A stretch of DNA of 64,000 bases from Patescibacteria group bacterium (GTDB lineage Bacteria; Patescibacteriota; Patescibacteriia; UBA1558; GWA2-36-10). A model generated the notes under the pieces. The model searched no databases, was not told the DNA's origin, and saw only the letters and a list, made by a program, of their open reading frames with translations. Position 1 is the first letter of the stretch. Every line of letters starts with the position of its first letter. Position numbers and translations under genes: made by a program. Below, piece by piece: positions 59,225 through 64,000 of this stretch. The stretch is taken from the NCBI GenBank assembly GCA_018819405.1, contig JAHJQF010000001.1, positions 162,097 through 226,096 of the forward strand, given 5' to 3'.

Positions 59225-59836
59225 ATGTCAAAATATATCATCGGAATAGACGAGGCTGGTCGCGGGCCACTGGCTGGACCAATAGTAGCGGCTGGTATAA
59301 TCTTTCGTGGCTCAAAAAGGGAAAAGCAAATTTTGGATTTAGTAGATGATAGTAAAAAACTTAGCCTCAAGAGGCGAGAGGATTTATTTTTACCAATTAT
59401 CAAAAATTTTATTTGGTCAGTCAGGATGTATGATAATAATTTTATAGATAAATATGGCATTCAAAGAGCCAATATACTTTTATTTCACGATATTGTAGAA
59501 GATTTAGGAAAATATTTTGGTAAAACAAATGATGTGGTGGCTGATTATGTGGGGGGAGGGGAAACAGTTTTGAAAAATATAAATTTTTTTAAGTCTGGTG
59601 AAAGTCAATTCAAAGAAATTGCTGCTGCTTCGATATTGGCTAAGGTATATCGTGATAGATTGATGATGGATATAGATAAAAATTATCCGCATTATGAATT
59701 TGGGCTGCACAAAGGCTATGGTACTCGAAGACATTTTGAAGCAATCTCTAGACATGGCTTGTCACCAATTCATAGAAAAAGCTTTCTAAAAAATTCAGCC
59801 CTTGCGTATTTTGATACTACAAGGGCTAAGATTTAG
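59225..59836 (+). CDS. rnhB: Ribonuclease HII. The start is reassigned to 59225; the track ORF begins at 59147.
   Basis: 'MSKYIIGIDEAGRGPLAGPIVAAG' is the canonical RNase HII N-terminus with the DEDD catalytic residues. Confidence 0.85.
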   Translation: MSKYIIGIDEAGRGPLAGPIVAAGIIFRGSKREKQILDLVDDSKKLSLKRREDLFLPIIKNFIWSVRMYDNNFIDKYGIQRANILLFHDIVEDLGKYFGKTNDVVADYVGGGETVLKNINFFKSGESQFKEIAAASILAKVYRDRLMMDIDKNYPHYEFGLHKGYGTRRHFEAISRHGLSPIHRKSFLKNSALAYFDTTRAKI

Positions 59837-60177
59837 TTGGAGCCTGCTCCGTTGAGAGAGCGAGGTTCTACTACGCGACCTTCTTTGATTGCTCGGATGA
59901 TACCTTGGATCATACCGTCGGAAATACCTCGATCAATATAGACTACAGTGGCTTGAGCTTGGTGTCCCCAAGCCAAGCCGGCTTCAATACCAAGTCTTCT
60001 TTGTTCGGGTACAGTATCGTCTAAGATGCCTTCTTGGGTATAGAGTAGGTGCGAGGCATAAGGAGCTTCACCGCGTTTGAGACAATCAAGGACACAAGCT
60101 CTAGCGTAGCGAATGTTGGCTTGTACTTCCTCGGGAGTGCCGGCAAAGGGGCTTTCTATTATTACTAGACGGTGCAT
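59833..60177 (-). CDS. GC-rich (about 52% GC) hypothetical protein, possibly a DUF4406-like fold (nucleoside 2-deoxyribosyltransferase-like, common in phages)
   Basis: 'LVIIESPFAG...EAPYASH...YIDRGISDGMIQGIIRAIKEG' loosely matches the DUF4406 pattern. AGGAG SD. The gene is convergent with rnhB and overlaps it by 4 nt. Confidence 0.35.
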   Translation of the reverse strand: MHRLVIIESPFAGTPEEVQANIRYARACVLDCLKRGEAPYASHLLYTQEGILDDTVPEQRRLGIEAGLAWGHQAQATVVYIDRGISDGMIQGIIRAIKEGRVVEPRSLNGAGSN

Positions 60178-60262
60178 GTTTTTCTCCTGTCTGAAAGTTT
60201 GTTGTACGAAGTGGGCAGGACACTAATATTTATTAACATAGAAAAAATATTTGAGCAAGTTC

Positions 60263-60368
60263 TTGACAGACAAAATAAATTTGTTGTAAGATAGAAGAAC
60301 AAATAAAGCCGTCTATTTTTTGAGAGACGGCTATACATACAAAAGCCCCCACATTGTGGGGGCTTTTG
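60263..60368 (+). promoter_or_regulatory. Compact promoter-hairpin-terminator unit: TTGACA-N18-TAAGAT (60263-60292), a roughly 70-nt transcript with hairpin 'gccgtct-attttttgag-agacggc' (60308-60331), and intrinsic terminator 'gccccca-cattg-tgggggc' + T4 (60345-60368)
   Basis: Seen in sequence. It contains no ORF and lies between the DUF4406-like gene and ssb. It is a candidate sRNA or an insulating terminator. Confidence 0.35.
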
Positions 60369-60490
60369 CGAAGAAAAGCGATTTTGAGAGCTAACTAGGT
60401 TAGTCTCAACAGAATCATACGACAAATTGAGAGATTTGTCAATATTTATTAGTAATTCCACAATATGTGGATAGGAAAGGAAAAGTGATT

Positions 60491-60898
60491 ATGGACTTAA
60501 ACAAAGTAAGTCTAATCGGCAATTTAGTAGCCGATCCAGAGGCCAGGACATTGCCCTCCGGGCAAAATCTAGCAGTATTTAAGATTGCGACCAATTATGT
60601 TTGGCGTGATCAGCAAAGCAAAGAAAAAAAGACCAGGGCTGATTTTCACCGGGCTGTGGCTTGGGGGCACTTGGCAGATATTATCAATACCTACCTAAAA
60701 AAAGGCTCCAAGGTTTTTTTGGAAGGGCGTTTGCAAAATCGTTCTTGGGAAGATAAAAATAAAAACAAAAGATATACCACAGAGATTGTGGCTAGTGATT
60801 TGATAATGCTAGGTGGCAGCAACAAAAAAACTGTTACTGGTGACGAAACAGCTAGAGAGGATGTTGATGTACAGACTATAGAGCTAGACGATAATTAA
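60491..60898 (+). CDS. ssb: Single-stranded DNA-binding protein. The start is reassigned to 60491; the track ORF begins at 60467.
   Basis: OB-fold 'VSLIGNLVADPEARTLPSGQNLAVFKIATN...FHRAVAWGHLAD' and an acidic C-terminus. SD 'aggaaagga'. Confidence 0.85.
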   Translation: MDLNKVSLIGNLVADPEARTLPSGQNLAVFKIATNYVWRDQQSKEKKTRADFHRAVAWGHLADIINTYLKKGSKVFLEGRLQNRSWEDKNKNKRYTTEIVASDLIMLGGSNKKTVTGDETAREDVDVQTIELDDN

Positions 60899-61142
60899 TT
60901 GTCTTTTCAAGGTCTGAAGTTTGCCTGTATCTTCAGGCCTTCAATAAGACAATTAGAAGAAAGCGATTTTTCTGTCTCAGGGAGCATCTTTTTGGTGGGA
61001 GAGCTAAATTGTCCTAGGTTAGTTTTTTGTGTTCGTGCAAAAAGCTAACCACGATGTTCATTGACAAAACCAAAGGAGGAAAACAGCACTAGTCCATTCT
61101 AGTTTTTGGTCACCGGTTCCCACAAAACAAAAGGAGAGGGTC

Positions 61143-61826
61143 ATGAAAGGTAAAGTGTGTTGGCTCAGCTTGTTGATTATGGCCATGGTCACTTTTTGGC
61201 TTATTGGCTGTGATCGCGAGGAAGCGGGAGTGGTGTCTCCCGTTGAGGTGGAGCAAGTCGTTGCCAGCCCAAGTGAGCAGGCGGAGAAAGCTTATCCACC
61301 CTATTCATTCTCGCTCAGGGTTCCGTTTCTCACGCAGGTTCCGCCTGGAGATTGGCTCAACACCAAAAACTGTGGGCAGACTTGTGCTGTCATGTTGGGT
61401 GGCTATTTTAATAATAGCCCAGTCAACTCAAGTCAAATTACAGCTCAGAATGTCTGGTTGGCAAACTATACTGGCAATTCTTGCTATAATCGGGCCAATG
61501 GTTGCGATACCTCAATTTATCGATTGAAAACGCTACTGGAACAGAAACATAAATTGCGCACTTCATATCCCGCTTGCAGTACGCTAGAGCAACTGATCAA
61601 TATAGTTGCTAGCGGTAAACCTTGTGTAGTCGGGGTGATGATCAAGAGCGGCAACTTGGTTTCAAGCGGTGGGTATCCTCATTGGGCCATTGTAGTTGGC
61701 TGGAATGGCAACGTGATCATCAATGATCCGGGCTCTTCCCGTGGCAATCATCGCAGCTATTCCATAGCCGCTTTTGATGCCTCTTGGGCAACTCAAGGCA
61801 GAACATATTTTTCTGTCTCGCGTTAG
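61143..61826 (+). CDS. GC-rich (about 50% GC) lipoprotein with a C39-like (papain-fold) peptidase domain; compositionally foreign
   Basis: Signal peptide plus lipobox 'LIGC'. Candidate catalytic Cys 'TKNCGQTCAVML' and His 'YPHWAIVVGWNGNVIINDPG' (Peptidase_C39_2 / YvpB-like layout). SD 'aaaaggagagggtc'. Confidence 0.5.
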   Translation: MKGKVCWLSLLIMAMVTFWLIGCDREEAGVVSPVEVEQVVASPSEQAEKAYPPYSFSLRVPFLTQVPPGDWLNTKNCGQTCAVMLGGYFNNSPVNSSQITAQNVWLANYTGNSCYNRANGCDTSIYRLKTLLEQKHKLRTSYPACSTLEQLINIVASGKPCVVGVMIKSGNLVSSGGYPHWAIVVGWNGNVIINDPGSSRGNHRSYSIAAFDASWATQGRTYFSVSR

Positions 61827-61832
61827 CCTAGT

Positions 61833-61870
61833 GGGGCGAGTCAAATTTTTAACTCGCCCCCCATATCTTT
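61833..61870 (+). terminator. Hairpin 'ggggcgagt-(10 nt)-actcgcccc' downstream of the C39-like gene
   Basis: A 9-bp G/C stem with a weak T tract after it. Confidence 0.4.
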
Positions 61871-61906
61871 ATTATGATATAATTATTTATAGTTTAAATA
61901 TATTTT

Positions 61907-62404
61907 ATGAGTAGAAAAAAAGCACTAAAAATTTTAATAATTTTTTTGATAATAATTATTTTAGTTATTATTTATTTTTTGTTAGTCAAGAAAAAGAAAA
62001 ACAATACAATAGAGATGGTAGAAAATTTTACTTTGTATCAAGAAATAATTGATCCAAATGAAAAATCATTTGACAAATCTTGTCCCAATGAAGAATTTAA
62101 TAAATTTCTTTTACTGACGGAGCAGGGTAGTATAAAGAGTTTGAAGTTGCCGGGCGGACTACTGACAATAATAACACCAAATTATTATAATTGGAGTAAC
62201 AAAAAATTTTTGAGTTTTAATACTATTGAGCCAGAGGCATTTTGTAATGCTGGCGGGACTTATCCACTTCACGCTTATAAAGATAAGCTATTGTGGAAGC
62301 AAGGTTGTAGCACTGGCGCGATGCCCGAGCCAGACGCCCCAAATTATCAGGAGTTTATGAAGTGTATAGAAACAGAAGAAACAATTATAAATTTTTTTAA
62401 ATAG
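61907..62404 (+). CDS. hypothetical membrane-anchored extracytoplasmic protein (165 aa, 4 Cys)
   Basis: N-terminal TM anchor 'ILIIFLIIIILVIIYFLLV'. AT-rich and native. Confidence 0.35.
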   Translation: MSRKKALKILIIFLIIIILVIIYFLLVKKKKNNTIEMVENFTLYQEIIDPNEKSFDKSCPNEEFNKFLLLTEQGSIKSLKLPGGLLTIITPNYYNWSNKKFLSFNTIEPEAFCNAGGTYPLHAYKDKLLWKQGCSTGAMPEPDAPNYQEFMKCIETEETIINFFK

Positions 62405-62492
62405 AAATAGCATAGTGAAGAAAATAGAGAAATTCTTAATAATATGTTAGTGACTTTAAAATTTGTGTAATAATTATAATTAAAAACTAAAT

Positions 62493-64000
62493 ATGCAAAG
62501 AAAAGTGATTTTCCCGTTTATCGGGGCCGTCCTTTGGACGATTCTAATTTGTTTTTTCACGCTGACTTTAAAAGTTGAAGCCAGTGAAAGCGATTTGCTA
62601 TTTTCAGAGATAATGTATGACGCCTCTGGTGCTGATAGTGGTCATGAGTGGATTGAAATTTTTAATTCTGGACAGGAAGATGTGGTAGCTAGCAGTACCT
62701 GGAGATTTTTTGATGGGGCTAATCATAATATTAATCTATATCAAGGCACCACTACTATTGCTTCTCAAGAATATTTTGTTTTGGCCGACAACGCTGAGAA
62801 TTTTTTAGTTGATTATCCAGATTTTAATGGTACTGTTTTTGATACAGTGATGAGTTTGCCAAATAGTAGTTCTACTATTGGGCTGAGTTTTGACAATGGT
62901 CAGTCGTATTTAATAGAAAGTTTTTATGATGCTAGTTGGGGAGGGGGCGATGGCTTTTCTCTGGAGAAAATTTTAGAGACATGGCAACAATCCTGTTTGT
63001 TAGGAGGTAGTCCTGGTGTTGCCAACCAAGAATGTGAAACAGATGAGCCTAGTCAGGATAGTGAACCAGAAATAAATTATTGGTCGCAGATTGTAATTTC
63101 AGAATTTTTACCTAATCCAGAAGGTAGCGACGACAATGAATGGATTGAATTGTATAATCTAGGCCCAGAAATAATTGACCTATCTGGCTTTGTACTAGGC
63201 GATGATTCTAGCCGGCGCTTTACATTAGATCAAGACGCGGGTATTGATTTAGGGCTGTTACCAAATAGCTATTTAGTGGTTTATAAAAATATAAGTGGCA
63301 TATCTTTGAATAATTCTGGTACAGACTCGGTCAGGCTATATACGCCAGAAGAAATACTACAAGAAAGAGTAGAGTATAATGGTCCGGCTTTGGAAAATAG
63401 AAGCTATGCCAGAAGTGATAGTGGTTTTGTCTGGACCAAAAATCCTACTCCTGGCCAAGCCAATCAAATAGTAGAAAATCAGGCTCCAATTGCCCAGATT
63501 TTGGCAGAAGGAACTTTTAATATTAGCCAAAAGATTAGTTTTTCGGGGGAAAACTCTAGTGACCCAGAAGGGGAAGATTTGGACTATTTCTGGGATTTTG
63601 GGGATGGTCAGACCAGCTCCAAGGCCAGCTTGACTCACAAATTTGAACAAGCTGGACATTATACAATAGTATTGACCGTAACTGATCCTGAGGGACTTGG
63701 TGATAGGGCAGAATTTGTCATAGATATTTATCCTATAAATGAGACAAGTCAGGATATTACGGAAGTAGAGAAGGTACAAAGTGAAGAAAAAATTTTTGAA
63801 ACAAATTTGGTTGAGGATGATTTGATAATTTCAGAAATAATGCCCAATCCCAAAGGCAGTGATGATAATGAATGGATTGAGCTGTACAATGCTACGGATA
63901 ATGATATAAATTTGTTTGACTGGAGCATAGACGATGCAGAGGGAGGGTCCAAGCCATATCAATTTGCTACCACAACCATAAAGGCTAATAGCTTTTTAAT
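62493..64000 (+). CDS. Secreted surface protein with repeated lamin-tail domains (LTD) and a PKD domain. It is partial and runs off the window end.
   Basis: Translated by hand with no stop to the window end. Signal peptide. Three LTD cores ('SEIMYDASGADSGHEWIEIFNSG', 'ISEFLPNPEGSDDNEWIELYNLG', 'ISEIMPNPKGSDDNEWIELYNAT') and a PKD core 'DYFWDFGDGQTS...GHYTIVLTVTDPEG'. The minus-strand track ORFs 63357-63952 are spurious. Confidence 0.7.
   Translation, partial: MQRKVIFPFIGAVLWTILICFFTLTLKVEASESDLLFSEIMYDASGADSGHEWIEIFNSGQEDVVASSTWRFFDGANHNINLYQGTTTIASQEYFVLADNAENFLVDYPDFNGTVFDTVMSLPNSSSTIGLSFDNGQSYLIESFYDASWGGGDGFSLEKILETWQQSCLLGGSPGVANQECETDEPSQDSEPEINYWSQIVISEFLPNPEGSDDNEWIELYNLGPEIIDLSGFVLGDDSSRRFTLDQDAGIDLGLLPNSYLVVYKNISGISLNNSGTDSVRLYTPEEILQERVEYNGPALENRSYARSDSGFVWTKNPTPGQANQIVENQAPIAQILAEGTFNISQKISFSGENSSDPEGEDLDYFWDFGDGQTSSKASLTHKFEQAGHYTIVLTVTDPEGLGDRAEFVIDIYPINETSQDITEVEKVQSEEKIFETNLVEDDLIISEIMPNPKGSDDNEWIELYNATDNDINLFDWSIDDAEGGSKPYQFATTTIKANSFL

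Noticed and set aside
63357-63952. Two minus-strand ORFs (140 aa and 67 aa) at the window end
   Set aside because: They are antisense to the hand-translated LTD/PKD protein frame, which is open for more than 500 codons with recognisable domains.
1-64000. Alternative genetic code (UGA recoding), CRISPR arrays, and IS/transposase or integrase genes
   Set aside because: Long conserved genes (rpoB, rpoC, dnaA, ftsK) are intact under the standard code. No regularly spaced direct repeats and no transposase or integrase-like ORFs were found. The foreign cassettes therefore have no visible mobility genes.

Overview
The window is a 64-kb stretch of a very AT-rich (about 30-35% GC), gene-dense bacterial chromosome. 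Native genes have no or weak Shine-Dalgarno sequences, and the gene content is consistent with a reduced-genome Candidate Phyla Radiation/Patescibacteria-like organism. The standard genetic code is used: rpoB, rpoC and dnaA are full-length. The chromosomal origin is present as rpmH-rnpA-yidD-yidC on the plus strand and dnaA-dnaN on the minus strand, with DnaA-box clusters.

Housekeeping content includes rpsT, a fusion of an FMN-adenylyltransferase-like domain with TruB, a class A PBP, tyrS, ruvC, yebC, recA, ftsK, rpoC, rpoB, ruvA, a Mur ligase, a FemAB-family protein, bactofilin, a RodZ-like protein, tRNA-Arg(CCU), a CsoR-like repressor, trxA, trxB, gdh, rnhB and ssb.

There are two accessory loci. 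The first is a minus-strand glycogen/alpha-glucan operon containing a GalT-like gene, two glgA paralogs, a GH57 enzyme and two kinases of unknown substrate. The second is a cell-envelope operon (wzx, O-antigen-ligase-like gene, galU, an orphan solute-binding lipoprotein) that ends in four tandem TrbC/VirB2-like pilin paralogs.

The most unusual signal is a set of at least six short GC-rich (about 50-65%) single-gene cassettes embedded in the AT-rich backbone. They encode a lipoprotein, a type IV pilin, polytopic and small membrane proteins, a Cys-rich peptide, a DUF4406-like protein and a C39-like peptidase lipoprotein. Each has a near-consensus TTGACA-N17-TAnAAT promoter, a strong AGGAGG SD and a G/C-stem intrinsic terminator, and two of the terminators are near-identical. 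At least two promoter-to-terminator GC-rich candidate ncRNAs are present (45512-45805 and 54612-54895).

A 12-bp inverted-repeat motif, CCCGTTAGAAAT/ATTTCTAACGGG, recurs as hairpin-forming pairs abutting the start codons of rpsT, the PBP and wzx. The window ends inside a lamin-tail-domain/PKD surface protein.
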